64,000 bases of DNA from an uncultured SAR116 cluster alpha proteobacterium (GTDB lineage: Bacteria; Pseudomonadota; Alphaproteobacteria; Puniceispirillales; GCA-002684695). The stretch covers positions 26,506 to 90,505 of the forward strand of contig CACMFN010000007.1 of NCBI GenBank assembly GCA_902612965.1, written 5' to 3'. The stretch's first letter is position 1, and the number at the start of each line of letters is the position of its first letter. Below, piece by piece: positions 28,957 to 39,776 of the stretch. The notes under the pieces were generated by a model. The model saw nothing but the letters and a program-made list of their open reading frames with translations, did no database searches and was not told the origin of the DNA. Position numbers and translations under genes: made by a program.

Positions 28957-29790
28957 ATGAAATCAAATAAAAATAATACTTTTAGTTATTTAAATAATAA
29001 AAAGACAAAAGAATTAGAAAAATTACTTAAAATTATGTCACATCTTAGGGACCCTGATAAAGGATGTCCTTGGGATATTAAGCAAACTTTCGAATCTATA
29101 GCTCCATATACCATTGAAGAGGCATACGAAGTAAGCCAATCTATTCAAGATAAGGACTATGATGAATTAATGGATGAACTAGGAGACTTACTTCTTCAAG
29201 TTGTTTTTCTTTCTCAAATAGCTAAAGAAAAAAAACTTTTTAAATTTAATGACGTTGTAAAAAGTATCAATAAGAAATTAATTAGGAGACATCCTCATAT
29301 TTTTGAAAAAAATACTAATATAAAATCACCTAATGATGTAAAAAATCAATGGGATAAAATAAAAGAACAAGAAAATAAAAATAAATCAAAGAATACTAAC
29401 ACTTTAGGAAAGATAACAAAGAATTTACCTTCGATATTAAAATCTCAAAAAATACAGGAGGAAGTAAGTAAAGATGGTTTTGATTTTAAAAATGTAAATG
29501 ATTGCATCTTAAAATTACAAGAGGAAATTCAAGAATTTAATGAAGCGCTTAAAACAAATGATAAACAAAAATGTTTAGATGAAGGAGGAGATATTTTGTT
29601 CGCATCAATTAATGTTTTAAGAAAAGCAGGAATTAACTCTCAAGAGGCCCTTGAATTTGCAAATAATAAATTTACAAGAAGATATAATTATTCAGAAATA
29701 CTGGCTCAAAAAGAAAATAAAAACTTTGCAGAAGTCTCACTTGAGAAGAAACATAAGTATTGGTTAAAAAGCAAAAAAATTAATCTTTAG
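28957..29790 (+). CDS. mazG: Nucleoside triphosphate pyrophosphohydrolase MazG
   Basis: 277 aa. RDPDKGCPWDIKQTFESIAPYTIEEAYEV and a second EExxE-type repeat. Confidence 0.9.
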   Translation: MKSNKNNTFSYLNNKKTKELEKLLKIMSHLRDPDKGCPWDIKQTFESIAPYTIEEAYEVSQSIQDKDYDELMDELGDLLLQVVFLSQIAKEKKLFKFNDVVKSINKKLIRRHPHIFEKNTNIKSPNDVKNQWDKIKEQENKNKSKNTNTLGKITKNLPSILKSQKIQEEVSKDGFDFKNVNDCILKLQEEIQEFNEALKTNDKQKCLDEGGDILFASINVLRKAGINSQEALEFANNKFTRRYNYSEILAQKENKNFAEVSLEKKHKYWLKSKKINL

Positions 29791-30655
29791 TATTCTTTAA
29801 AAGGGTTATAAGGCTTGAGGTATCAAACCTGCCACCATTATTTTCTTGAACTTGAGCATAAAACTGGTCAATTAAAGATGTAATTGGTAACCTTGATTTG
29901 TTTTTTCTTGCTTCATCTAAACAAAGCTTTAAATCTTTTCGCATCCAATCAACAGCAAATCCAAAATTGAATTTATTTTGAACCATGGTCTCACCTCTAT
30001 TAATCATTTGCCAACTGCCTGCAGCTCCAGACTGAATAACATCTAAAACCTTTTTCATATCTAAATTTGCGTTTACACCAAAATTTATACCTTCTGACAA
30101 ACCTTGAACAAGGCCTGCAATACAAATTTGATTAACCATTTTTGCTAATTGACCGCTACCAACCTCACCAATTAGAGAAATATTTTTACCATAAGCGCTC
30201 ATAATTTTCTCAGCTTTACTAAATGTAATTCTCTCACCCCCACACATTATTGAAAGAACTCCTTTTTCAGCTCCAACTTGACCTCCAGAAACTGGAGCAT
30301 CTATAAAATAAGCTTTTTTATCAATCAAAGTTTTATGTAGATACTTTGCCAAATCAGCACTTGATGTAGTGTGATCAACTAAAATACAATCTTTTGAAAT
30401 ACCTGAAATTATACCATTTTGCCCATTAAAAACTGATAAAACATCATCATCATTTCCAACACATACAAAAATATACTCTGATTTATTTGCAGCATCCTTT
30501 GGGCTCTTACATACTTGTCCTTTAAATTCTTGTATCCATTTTTCAGCTTTCTCTATTGTACGATTATAAACAAAAACTTGATGACCTGCTTTTGACAAAT
30601 GACCTGCCATTGGGTAACCCATTACCCCTAAGCCAATAAAACACACTTTTGCCAT
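29780..30655 (-). CDS. NAD(P)-dependent 3-hydroxyisobutyrate dehydrogenase-family oxidoreductase
   Basis: 291 aa. KVCFIGLGVMGYPMAGHL Rossmann motif and APVSGG motif. Substrate not assignable. Confidence 0.8.
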   Translation of the reverse strand: MAKVCFIGLGVMGYPMAGHLSKAGHQVFVYNRTIEKAEKWIQEFKGQVCKSPKDAANKSEYIFVCVGNDDDVLSVFNGQNGIISGISKDCILVDHTTSSADLAKYLHKTLIDKKAYFIDAPVSGGQVGAEKGVLSIMCGGERITFSKAEKIMSAYGKNISLIGEVGSGQLAKMVNQICIAGLVQGLSEGINFGVNANLDMKKVLDVIQSGAAGSWQMINRGETMVQNKFNFGFAVDWMRKDLKLCLDEARKNKSRLPITSLIDQFYAQVQENNGGRFDTSSLITLLKNTKD

Positions 30656-30812
30656 AAAACTTCCTATATATTATATATGATTTTTATATATTTAATTATA
30701 CGAGATACACTATTATTGACAGTTTGATAAATTAATTTTGTGTAAATACAATTAACTAGATTAAATATTTTTAATTATTTTACTTAAACACAAAAAATAT
30801 ATTGAGAATAAA

Positions 30813-32096
30813 CTACCTTAAAATTTCAACACAAGGATATTTAACCATTAATTTTTTAAGATTAATTTTTGTTATTTTTACATCATAATTGTACCTATTA
30901 AAATCAATATTTTTTTTAGAAATAATTTTACAATTCTCATATAACCAATTTGTGATCTGTCCATAATTATTATTAAAGGAAAGTTTTGTACTTAAATACA
31001 TTTGATCAAGTTCTTTTTTAATTGCATATTTTATTTGATCAATTCCACTGCCATTCTTTGCGGAAACAAAAATTGTATTTTCACCATAAAAACTTTTACA
31101 CTCATCTTTATTAAAAAGATCTACTTTATTAAAAATTTCTATAGTTCTACTTTGTATATTTTTATCTATTCTATTTAAAACACTATATACATCTTTTCCT
31201 TCAGATATTAAATAGGGTGAAGATAAATCCCTTACATGCAAAACAATATCAGAAGAGGAAATTTCTTCTAAAGTAGATTTAAAAGATTCAATTAATTCTG
31301 TAGGCAAATCAGATATAAATCCAACAGTATCAGAAAGAATTACTTGATGATCGGATAAACCTTTAAATATTCTTCTAGTTGGGTCTAAAGTAGAAAAAAG
31401 CATATTTTTAGATAAAACATTTTCATCTAAAATTTTATTAAAAAGAGTAGATTTCCCAGCATTTGTGTAACCAACAATTGAAGCGGTAACAATATGATTT
31501 TTTTTTCTATTTTTACTTTGTATAAATCTTGTGTTTTCAACTTTAACAAGAAGTGATTTAATTTTTTTTATTCTCTTGTTTAAAATTCTTTTATCGAGCT
31601 CTAATTGAGTTTCACCAGGACCACCAAGAAATCCAAATCCACCTCTTTGTCTTTCTAAATGTGTCCATGTTTTCACTAATCTACTTTTCTGATAAATAAG
31701 ATGAGCAAGCTCAACTTGAAGTTTACCTTCATGAGTTTTTGCTCTTTTCCCAAAAATTTCTAATATTAAATGTGTTCTATCTATTACCTTCAGCTTAAAA
31801 ATTTTTTCTAAATTTCTTTGTTGAATTGGTGTTAAATCATTATTAAAAATCAAAAGATCAATTTCGTATTCTTTAATTATCTCTTTAAATTTTGAAAGGT
31901 GACCTGTTGAAAGAAAATTTCCAGGTGATGGGGATCTAAGTTTAAAAAATTCTGAATATAAAACGTTAATATTTAAAGATTTTGCGAGGTTGATGGCTTC
32001 TTTTAGTTTATGAGAAGCTAGTGAATCGTCTATATTATCCAGATATACTGATAGAATTAAACAAGCTAAGTTATTTTTTTTACTCAGTGTTTTCAA
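30813..32096 (-). CDS. hflX: GTPase HflX
   Basis: 427 aa. G1 motif [13 protein letters not shown]. Follows hfq with a 17-nt overlap. Confidence 0.92.
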   Translation of the reverse strand: MKTLSKKNNLACLILSVYLDNIDDSLASHKLKEAINLAKSLNINVLYSEFFKLRSPSPGNFLSTGHLSKFKEIIKEYEIDLLIFNNDLTPIQQRNLEKIFKLKVIDRTHLILEIFGKRAKTHEGKLQVELAHLIYQKSRLVKTWTHLERQRGGFGFLGGPGETQLELDKRILNKRIKKIKSLLVKVENTRFIQSKNRKKNHIVTASIVGYTNAGKSTLFNKILDENVLSKNMLFSTLDPTRRIFKGLSDHQVILSDTVGFISDLPTELIESFKSTLEEISSSDIVLHVRDLSSPYLISEGKDVYSVLNRIDKNIQSRTIEIFNKVDLFNKDECKSFYGENTIFVSAKNGSGIDQIKYAIKKELDQMYLSTKLSFNNNYGQITNWLYENCKIISKKNIDFNRYNYDVKITKINLKKLMVKYPCVEILR

Positions 32097-32310
32097 TTCC
32101 TATAGAAATAGACTCAGAAGGCATAATTGTAGATATAGAATGTTTATAAACTAATTGAATATGTGAATCCCTTTTAAGTAAAATTGAAAAGTTATCAAAC
32201 CAAGTTATTATTCCTTGAAGTTTTACACCATTAATCAGAAAAACAGTTACTGATAATTTATCTTTTCTTAATTGATTTAAAAAAGTCTCTTGTAAATTTT
32301 CAGTTTTCAT
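32080..32310 (-). CDS. hfq: RNA chaperone Hfq
   Basis: 76 aa. Sm1/Sm2 region [36 protein letters not shown]...YKHSIS. Confidence 0.96.
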   Translation of the reverse strand: MKTENLQETFLNQLRKDKLSVTVFLINGVKLQGIITWFDNFSILLKRDSHIQLVYKHSISTIMPSESISIGIENTE

Positions 32311-32328
32311 TAATAAAAAGCCCCTTCA

Positions 32329-32358
32329 ATTATATATATATAATTTAATCAAAGGCAA
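32329..32358 (-). promoter_or_regulatory. Possible hfq promoter (TTGCCT-N18-TATAAT) embedded in a (TA)6 tract
   Basis: The minus strand reads TTGCCTTTGATTAAATTATATATATATAAT, then TGAAGGGGC (SD-like), then the ATG. Hexamers were judged by eye only. Confidence 0.25.
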
Positions 32359-32363
32359 ATAAA

Positions 32364-33743
32364 TTAAATTAAATCCATCCTTATTGATAAAATTGTTTCT
32401 AATTTTTTAACAAATTTTTTTTCAGCAAATACTATTATTATATCGTTTATGTCTATAATAGTATCACCATTTGGAATAATAATTTCATCGTCTTTATAAA
32501 TTGCACCTATACAAATTGATTTTGGCAATTTAAGGGTTCTTAGTGGTTTGCCAACTATATTTGAGGATTCTAAAGCTCGGGCTTCAAAAACCTCACCTCT
32601 TTCTTCTATAATAGAATGTATTGATTTAATACTACCACTTCTTATTTTAGAAAGGATTGACGAAACTGTTATTTGTGCTGGACTAATAACAGAATTTACA
32701 CCAAGTGTGTTAATTAATGGAATATAACTAGGTTTATTTATTAATGTAACAGCTCTAATGGCGCCACTTCTTTTAGCGAGTAAAGCTGATAAAATATTTA
32801 CTTCATCATTATTTGTTAGCGAAACAAACGTTTCAGTATTTTTAATGCCTGCCTCAGTCAAAATATCTTGATCTAAAGCATCACCATTGATAACAGATAT
32901 ATTAGTAAAAACTTCTGCTAAGAAGTTAGCTTGTTCTCTTTTATTTTCAATAATTGAAATATTTAATTCTTTCATTTTTTCATTTAATATATCAACAGTA
33001 TTTTTGCCTATCTCCCCACCTCCAGCAATTATTATTGAATTAGCAGTTTTTTCCTCATGTCCAAAAGCTAACATACACCTACTAATTTGACTTGAGTCAC
33101 AGACAAAATAAACTCTATCTAAAGCTTCCATTTTTTCTGAACCGTCTCGTGGAACAAGAACTTCACCAGATCGAATTATAGCAACAATGTTCATTTGTAG
33201 TTCAGGAAATAAATCTTTTAAATGCCTCGTAGTGACACCCAATAAGGGGCAGTCTTCCTCACAGATAACACCAATTAATTGTAACTTACCGTCAACAAAG
33301 TCCCCAACATCAAATGCCCCTGGTATTTGAAGTCTTTTTGAAACAGCTTTTGAAACCTCTTGCTCAGGTGAGATTTTGAAATCAATAGGTAAGTTTTCTG
33401 AGTTATATATTTTTTCAATTCTTGGATCTAAGTATGACTGTGAACGAATTCGAGCAATCTTTAAAGGCGTTGAAAAAATTGAATGAGCTATTTGGCATAC
33501 TATCATATTTACTTCATCAGATTGAGTAACAGCAATAATCATATCAGCTTCATCAATACCTGCCTGTTTAAGAACTTCTGGATATGATGCTAATCCTTCT
33601 ACACCGCTAACATCTGAATGATCGAGTACTTTTCTTAGACGTTCTTGATTTTGGTCTATAATTGTAACGTCATTTTCTTCTTCAGATAAGTGAGAGGCTA
33701 TACTTTCACCTACTTGTCCAGCTCCACATATTATTATTTTCAT
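32364..33743 (-). CDS. trkA: Trk potassium uptake system NAD-binding subunit
   Basis: 459 aa. Two RCK/KTN halves, each with a GxGxxG motif (MKIIICGAGQVGESIA and IIIAGGGEIGKN). Confidence 0.92.
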   Translation of the reverse strand: MKIIICGAGQVGESIASHLSEEENDVTIIDQNQERLRKVLDHSDVSGVEGLASYPEVLKQAGIDEADMIIAVTQSDEVNMIVCQIAHSIFSTPLKIARIRSQSYLDPRIEKIYNSENLPIDFKISPEQEVSKAVSKRLQIPGAFDVGDFVDGKLQLIGVICEEDCPLLGVTTRHLKDLFPELQMNIVAIIRSGEVLVPRDGSEKMEALDRVYFVCDSSQISRCMLAFGHEEKTANSIIIAGGGEIGKNTVDILNEKMKELNISIIENKREQANFLAEVFTNISVINGDALDQDILTEAGIKNTETFVSLTNNDEVNILSALLAKRSGAIRAVTLINKPSYIPLINTLGVNSVISPAQITVSSILSKIRSGSIKSIHSIIEERGEVFEARALESSNIVGKPLRTLKLPKSICIGAIYKDDEIIIPNGDTIIDINDIIIVFAEKKFVKKLETILSIRMDLI

Positions 33744-33760
33744 ATATCACCAATTAAGTA

Positions 33761-35146
33761 TTATTTATAAATTTCTAGGTTTTTTAATTTTCTATGCAAA
33801 GCTGATCGTTCCATTTGTATAAATGATGAAGTTCGTGATACATTACCTGAAAATCTATCTATTTGAGCAGACAAATACTCTTTTTCAAATTTTTCCCTAG
33901 CTTCTTTTAAATTAAAAGATAAATAGTCATTTATAGAACTTAATTGTTTTTCTTTCGGCACAAAGTTAATTTCTGGAGGAAGCATCTCTGATGTAATTAT
34001 CCCATTACCATTATTTGGGGCCATTATTAATAACCAGTCAATTATATTTCTTAATTCGTTTAAGTTACCTGGCCAATCATATTGTTGCAAACATGCAAGT
34101 GCATCATCACTTAAAGTTCTAACTGGCTTGTTTAAAGTAGCTGCAGATGAAGACATATAATATTTTACAAGATCAGGAATGTCTTGAGAATGATTTTTTA
34201 AATCAGGCATCTCGATTGGAACTACTCCCAGCCTATAATATAAATCTTCTCTAAGCAAACCTTGTTCAATCTGTTCTTTAATATTTTTGGACGAAGATGA
34301 AATAACTCTAACATCTACACTCAATTCAAAATTACCACCAATACGTTTAAATCTCTGTTGTTGGATTGCATAAATTATTTTTCCTTGTAATTCAAGAGAC
34401 AGATCACAAATCTCATCAAAATATAAAGTACCCCTATTCGATTTTTCAAACAAACCTAAACGTCTTTTATTATTATCTAATCTAAACTCTTTTCCAAAGA
34501 GTTCTTCTTCAGTTACCATTGAACAGTTAACATGAACAAAACTTGAATTTCTTCTTGGAGATTCTTGATGAATTGTTCGTGCACAAGCTTCTTTACCTGA
34601 TCCAGATGATCCCAATATTAGGACCCTACTATTTGTTTGAGACACTTTTGCTATTGTCTGCCTAACTGAATTTATAATTGAAGATTTTCCAACAATCATA
34701 TCTGTTCTTCTGACTTGTTGCTTTAACTCTTCATTTTCTTTTTTTAATTCTGAGTTTTCTAAAGCACGTGAAACCATGAATAATAGTTTTTCAGACTTAA
34801 ACGGCTTTTCTATGAAATCATAGGCACCAGCTTTAATAGCATTTACAGCAATTTCAACAGTTCCATGCCCTGAGATCATCAATACAGGTATTTCTGGGTT
34901 ACTATCTTTAATCCAATTTAAAAGTGAAAGGCCATCCATTGTACTATCACGCATCCATATATCTAGTATAATCAACGAAGGTATTTCAATATTTATTTTT
35001 GCTTGAGCTTCCTGAGCATTTGACACACAGTCAGTATTATACCCCTCATCATTTAATATAACTGATATTACATCTCTAATATCAGGTTCATCATCAACAA
35101 TAAGTATATTTTGTTTCATCAAATCAATCTCATATAGGAAATTCAA
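33761..35146 (-). CDS. ntrX: Two-component response regulator NtrX (receiver-AAA+-HTH)
   Basis: 461 aa. ILIVDDEPDIRD receiver, GSSGSGKE Walker A, YFDEI Walker B and WPGNLNELRN. No GAFTGA loop, as I recall being reported for NtrX. The start could instead be MKQNILIV at 35119. Confidence 0.88.
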   Translation of the reverse strand: MNFLYEIDLMKQNILIVDDEPDIRDVISVILNDEGYNTDCVSNAQEAQAKINIEIPSLIILDIWMRDSTMDGLSLLNWIKDSNPEIPVLMISGHGTVEIAVNAIKAGAYDFIEKPFKSEKLLFMVSRALENSELKKENEELKQQVRRTDMIVGKSSIINSVRQTIAKVSQTNSRVLILGSSGSGKEACARTIHQESPRRNSSFVHVNCSMVTEEELFGKEFRLDNNKRRLGLFEKSNRGTLYFDEICDLSLELQGKIIYAIQQQRFKRIGGNFELSVDVRVISSSSKNIKEQIEQGLLREDLYYRLGVVPIEMPDLKNHSQDIPDLVKYYMSSSAATLNKPVRTLSDDALACLQQYDWPGNLNELRNIIDWLLIMAPNNGNGIITSEMLPPEINFVPKEKQLSSINDYLSFNLKEAREKFEKEYLSAQIDRFSGNVSRTSSFIQMERSALHRKLKNLEIYK

Positions 35147-37292
35147 TTATTATTTTTGCTCCACCGAGTTTTGAATCTTCTAAAATAAGTTTACCATTAT
35201 GCTCTTCTATTATTCTACTAACAATTGATAGCCCCAGTCCTGTACCTTTATCTCTTAATGTAACATATGGGTTAGTTAAACTTTCCCTATTTTTTGGAAA
35301 ACCTGGTCCATTATCTTCAATTATTAGCAAAACTTTAGCTTTTTTCAATTCTGTTAGAACTTTTATCAAACCTGTATTATTAGATGGGCTTTCATTAATA
35401 GAATCAACTGAATTTTGAAAAATATTTGTTAAAGCTTGTCTTAGTTGTTGTGCGTCAATCATCATTTTATAATCTTTAGGCAGATTATTTATGTAAGACC
35501 ATTCAATATTTTTATTAACTGTTTTAAATAAAGATAATTGTGTTGAAACTACTTTATTTAAATCACCTGAGTAGAGATTAACTTTAGGCATTCTTGCAAA
35601 AGAACTAAACTCATTTACTAAATTTTTTATATCATCAACTTGCCTTTGTATTGTTTCTAAATAGTTATTAAAAGACTTTAACTCAGAATCATTTTTTGGT
35701 TTAAATTTATTGTATATTCTCTCTACTGAAAGTTGGAGAGGAGTTAATGGATTTCTAATTTCATGGGCAATTCTTTGTGCAATATCTGACCAAGCAGCTT
35801 TTTTTTGAGCGGAAAGCAATTCTGTTATATCGTCAAAAGTTATTACATATCCAGAAATCTTCCCTTCAATAATTTCAGAAGATATTCTTGAGAAAAAAGT
35901 ACGAACCTCGCCATTTATTTTAATTTTTATTTGGCCTTCATTACTATTTAATTTTCTACTTTCTATTTTTGAGAATAAGTTTGCAAAATCAGGAAATAAC
36001 TTTATAAAGTTACTTCCATAAAATTTATCTTCAGTAATGTTTAATAGTTGAAGTGCCTTTGAATTAGGTAAATTTACTGTACCATTTGAATCTAATCCAA
36101 TTACACCCGATGAAACCCCAGATAAAATAGCTTCTGTAAATTCTCTTCTTTGATTAATTTGATAATTAGCTGAAATCAACTCTTTTTTATTTCTTGATAT
36201 TTCATCTAACATTTTATTAAAACTTAGTCCTAATCTAGAAATCTCTTCTATTCCTAAATTACTCTTAACTCTTACATCTAAATTTCCTGATCGTGCAATA
36301 TTAGCAACACTAATCACTGAACTCAATGGCTTTATAATCGAATTTGCAAGTATTAATCCCACCCAAAGAGCTAATAATAATAAAAATAAAGCGACTAGAA
36401 AAAAAAGAGCGCCAAATGAAATTTGTAAATTAGTACTCTCTATGTTTAAAAATTGATATTGATCAGACGCTAATTTTGTTCTATCTATAGCTGCTAAAAC
36501 TGATGGTTCCAAAAATCTTCCCGCATAAAGATAAACATCAACTAATCTATTTATTTTAACCAAACCTCTTATTTTATTATTGCTATCAGATCTTAAAATA
36601 ATTAAGTCACCATTTTGTGCTTGATTAAAAATTTGATCATCTAAATCATTTAGAGCAATAGAAAAAGCAAATTGTGACCTCGCTAAAACCATTTTTGAAC
36701 TATTTAGCAAGATTGCTTCAGATAAATTTCTAATTGCTGCTTGTGTAGAAAGATAATTATCTAAAGTATTTGGATTTGAAACAAGTTTTGGAGCTTCTCT
36801 GTTTATATCATTTACCATCTCTAGTATTGAGCCCCTTACACTTCTTGTATGTTCACTTAAATAATCTTCTGCCACCTTTACTGATTCATTAACCGCTGTA
36901 GAAATTCTATCTGAAAACCACCCTCTAAAACTGTAATCAACAATAAAATATCCAAATGTCGCTAAAATTATTGATGGTAAAATTGATATTCCACCAAACA
37001 AAATTGCAATTCGCCAATGCAATTCTGAACCAGCATTATTTTTATTATGATCAACAATAATTTTATTTATTTGATAAGCAACTAGGATCGAAAGGACAAT
37101 CAGTCCAATTGCAAAAAGAATTACCAATATAAAAAAAATTATTTCAGTTTCTGAATTGAAAAATAATTGTATTGGTATTAAAAAGAGAGATAATGTGAAA
37201 ACTATAGAAACAACAATAAATATTGACAAAACAACCCTAAACTGAGACGCAAATTTATTATTAAAATTCAAAAATCTCCTAAAAAATTTCAA
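35130..37292 (-). CDS. ntrY: Sensor histidine kinase NtrY
   Basis: 720 aa. N-terminal TM segments, HAMP, PAS, H-box IAHEIRNPLTPLQLS and the HATPase G-boxes. Confidence 0.9.
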   Translation of the reverse strand: MKFFRRFLNFNNKFASQFRVVLSIFIVVSIVFTLSLFLIPIQLFFNSETEIIFFILVILFAIGLIVLSILVAYQINKIIVDHNKNNAGSELHWRIAILFGGISILPSIILATFGYFIVDYSFRGWFSDRISTAVNESVKVAEDYLSEHTRSVRGSILEMVNDINREAPKLVSNPNTLDNYLSTQAAIRNLSEAILLNSSKMVLARSQFAFSIALNDLDDQIFNQAQNGDLIILRSDSNNKIRGLVKINRLVDVYLYAGRFLEPSVLAAIDRTKLASDQYQFLNIESTNLQISFGALFFLVALFLLLLALWVGLILANSIIKPLSSVISVANIARSGNLDVRVKSNLGIEEISRLGLSFNKMLDEISRNKKELISANYQINQRREFTEAILSGVSSGVIGLDSNGTVNLPNSKALQLLNITEDKFYGSNFIKLFPDFANLFSKIESRKLNSNEGQIKIKINGEVRTFFSRISSEIIEGKISGYVITFDDITELLSAQKKAAWSDIAQRIAHEIRNPLTPLQLSVERIYNKFKPKNDSELKSFNNYLETIQRQVDDIKNLVNEFSSFARMPKVNLYSGDLNKVVSTQLSLFKTVNKNIEWSYINNLPKDYKMMIDAQQLRQALTNIFQNSVDSINESPSNNTGLIKVLTELKKAKVLLIIEDNGPGFPKNRESLTNPYVTLRDKGTGLGLSIVSRIIEEHNGKLILEDSKLGGAKIIIEFPI

Positions 37293-38701
37293 CTTTTTAC
37301 TTTCTTTATTATTTCAATATCAAGTTCATTAATTTTTTTTCTAAGAGTATTCCTATTTAAACCTAATAGCCTAGAGGCTTTGATTTGATTACCATTTACA
37401 ACCGAAAGTGTTTTTCTAATAAGACTATGTTCAAGCTTTCTTAAAAGAAAATTATATAAACAGTCAGAATACCTTGAAATATCTGCATTTTTAAAAAAAT
37501 TTTCTAATTCTAAATCAAATATTTCTGAAAAATTACTAAAATCATTATTTAACTGTTCTTTTACTTTATCCAGTTCACTTTTAACAAACTTTTCATTTAT
37601 TAATTTTCCTGGTGATAAAATCACTAGCCTATTAATAAAAGTTTCAAGTTCTTTTACATTACCAGGCCAACTATAATTTTCTAATTCTTTAGAAGCATAA
37701 TTATTCATAGATTTTATTGGCAAATTTTTAATTTGATTTAAATTTAAAAAGTTATCAACTAAATCCTTTATATCCTCTTTTCTCTCTCTTAATGGTGGAA
37801 TATTCAAAGGTATGATATTTAAATAATAAAACAAATCTTCTCTAAATTCTCCTTTTTCGATTAATTTTATTAGATTTTCACTTGATGAAATAATAAATCT
37901 TACATTTTTAATATTCTCATTTTCAATTTTTGAGAAAGTATTTCTAAGCAAGTTAAGCAAATGTGCCTGAAAACTTAAACTTATTTCGTTTATATTATCT
38001 AAATATATCGTTGAATTTTCAAATAATAGATTAGAAATTTTCTTTTGAATTGTTTTACTATTGTCCATGCTTAGATTAATTTTAAAAAAATTTTTGTTTT
38101 GATTACTTAAATCATGAACAGTTTTGGCAATAAGATCTTTCCCAGTGCCAGATTCACCAGTTAATAAAACTGTCAAATTATGTCCTATAAGTTTAGATAT
38201 TGCATGAAAAATATTAAGCATTGGTTCGCTTTTACCAATTAAATTTTTGTTAAAGTCTTTATTTTCACTATTTTTTAGTTTCTTTTTATTAACACTTAAT
38301 TCATCAAAAGCATTTTCAGTTACTTGAAGTACTTTGTTTATGTCAAAAGGCTTTGAAATAAATTCAAAAGCTCCGTGTCTTACTGCTTTTACTGCTGTTG
38401 AAAGAGTTGAAAAGGCACTGATTACAATAATTGGTAAATTTGGATACTTTTTTTTAATATCAGGAATCTCATTAAAAAAATTCCCATCAGGAAGCTTTAC
38501 ATCACTTATTATTAAATCTGGAGAAAAGTTATTTATTAAGCGATGAAGCCCAGCAAGATTTCCTGTTGTTTCTACTTGATAATTACTTTTTGCAAATAAA
38601 GTTTTTAAAATAAATCTAATATTCTTATCATCGTCCACAATTATAATAAACTTTTTATTATGATTTCTTTTATAAGCTTTTGAGAAAGTATAATCTTGCA
38701 T
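37289..38701 (-). CDS. ntrC: NtrC-type response regulator with a degenerate AAA+ core
   Basis: 470 aa. Receiver (IIIVDDD...IISDVKLPDG), Walker A GESGTGKD, WPGNVKELE and a C-terminal Fis-type HTH. The GAFTGA region is absent, Walker B reads LDNI, and the R-finger position reads FREDLFYYL. Confidence 0.85.
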   Translation of the reverse strand: MQDYTFSKAYKRNHNKKFIIIVDDDKNIRFILKTLFAKSNYQVETTGNLAGLHRLINNFSPDLIISDVKLPDGNFFNEIPDIKKKYPNLPIIVISAFSTLSTAVKAVRHGAFEFISKPFDINKVLQVTENAFDELSVNKKKLKNSENKDFNKNLIGKSEPMLNIFHAISKLIGHNLTVLLTGESGTGKDLIAKTVHDLSNQNKNFFKINLSMDNSKTIQKKISNLLFENSTIYLDNINEISLSFQAHLLNLLRNTFSKIENENIKNVRFIISSSENLIKLIEKGEFREDLFYYLNIIPLNIPPLRERKEDIKDLVDNFLNLNQIKNLPIKSMNNYASKELENYSWPGNVKELETFINRLVILSPGKLINEKFVKSELDKVKEQLNNDFSNFSEIFDLELENFFKNADISRYSDCLYNFLLRKLEHSLIRKTLSVVNGNQIKASRLLGLNRNTLRKKINELDIEIIKKVKS

Positions 38702-38702
38702 A

Positions 38703-39776
38703 TTAACTATTAAAGGGAAAACTAAGTCTAAAAGTTGTTTTATTATTTTTATCTAAGTATTCTACTTTTCCTTGATGTAACTTCATTGTTGCTTGTACCT
38801 GTGTTAAGCCCAAACCAGATCCATTGTTTTTACCTGAAACAAATGGATTAAATAAAATATCTTTTAAATGGTCTGGTACACCTTCTCCATTATCAGAAAT
38901 TTCTACAATAATAGGTGTAACCTTATTTTCATTTCCTAGATACTTTGCCTTTGGAGCCCATAAAGAATAAGTAGTATAGATATAAATTTTACCCCTTACA
39001 TTATTATTAATTGCTTCTGAAGAATTTTTAAAAAGATTTATAAATAATTGTATAAGTGTATCCTTATCACCAAATATATATGGTAAAGATGGGTCAAATT
39101 CTTTTATAAAATTTATATCTTCGCCAAAACTAATTTTTGAAATTTTAATTGATTGATCTAGTATCTCATGGATATTTAGCTTTTCAAGCTCAGGGATCTC
39201 ATTTGAAAATAAATACTCAATTTTATTTAATATTTTATCTATTCTGTCACTTTCATGAATGATTATATCAGTAAACTCCTTTTTATCTTCTTTCATGTCA
39301 TTCGAAAGCAGTTGTGCAGAACCCTTAATTGCTGAAAGAGGATTTTTAATTTCATGAGCTAACATTTTAGTCAATTTAGAAAAACCATTTGTATCTTGGG
39401 TATCAAGGATTTCTTTATTTTGGATAAAAGTATTTTTAGATAGTAAAACTAAATAATATTCAAGATTTTCATCATAAATTGAAACATAAATATCATTATT
39501 TGGAGAGAAAAAATTAAATCCTGTTAAATTTATTTTTTCAATTGAGATTGGATTCTTTTCTTTTTTAACTCTTTTGATAGTATCAACTAACAAATTATCT
39601 TGATTAAAAATATTTTCTATATTTTTTAAACTTAATCTATCATCAAAATTTAATTCTTCTTTGGCCGATAGATTTGCATATAAAATTTTTAGATTTTTAT
39701 CAATTATTAGAATAGATACAGGTAATGAATTAAAAATATTTTCAAAGTTTAATTTGTCTAAATGGTTAATAATCAT
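38703..39776 (-). CDS. ntrB: Sensor histidine kinase NtrB
   Basis: 357 aa. PAS-like N-terminus, H-box LAHEIKNPLSAIKGSAQLL and the HATPase motif GSGLGL. Confidence 0.88.
   Translation of the reverse strand: MIINHLDKLNFENIFNSLPVSILIIDKNLKILYANLSAKEELNFDDRLSLKNIENIFNQDNLLVDTIKRVKKEKNPISIEKINLTGFNFFSPNNDIYVSIYDENLEYYLVLLSKNTFIQNKEILDTQDTNGFSKLTKMLAHEIKNPLSAIKGSAQLLSNDMKEDKKEFTDIIIHESDRIDKILNKIEYLFSNEIPELEKLNIHEILDQSIKISKISFGEDINFIKEFDPSLPYIFGDKDTLIQLFINLFKNSSEAINNNVRGKIYIYTTYSLWAPKAKYLGNENKVTPIIVEISDNGEGVPDHLKDILFNPFVSGKNNGSGLGLTQVQATMKLHQGKVEYLDKNNKTTFRLSFPFNS

Noticed and set aside
28957-29790. MazG as part of a MazEF-like or anti-phage module
   Set aside because: It is a stand-alone tandem-domain housekeeping MazG. 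No mazE/mazF or defence genes are nearby.
30656-30812. 157-bp spacer upstream of the 3-hydroxyisobutyrate-dehydrogenase-like gene as a riboswitch or sRNA locus
   Set aside because: It is almost pure A/T, with only short AT hairpins (for example TTAATT..GT / ACAATTAA), a TATAAT box and an AGGAAG SD. I could find no conserved riboswitch-like helices or GC-rich stems.
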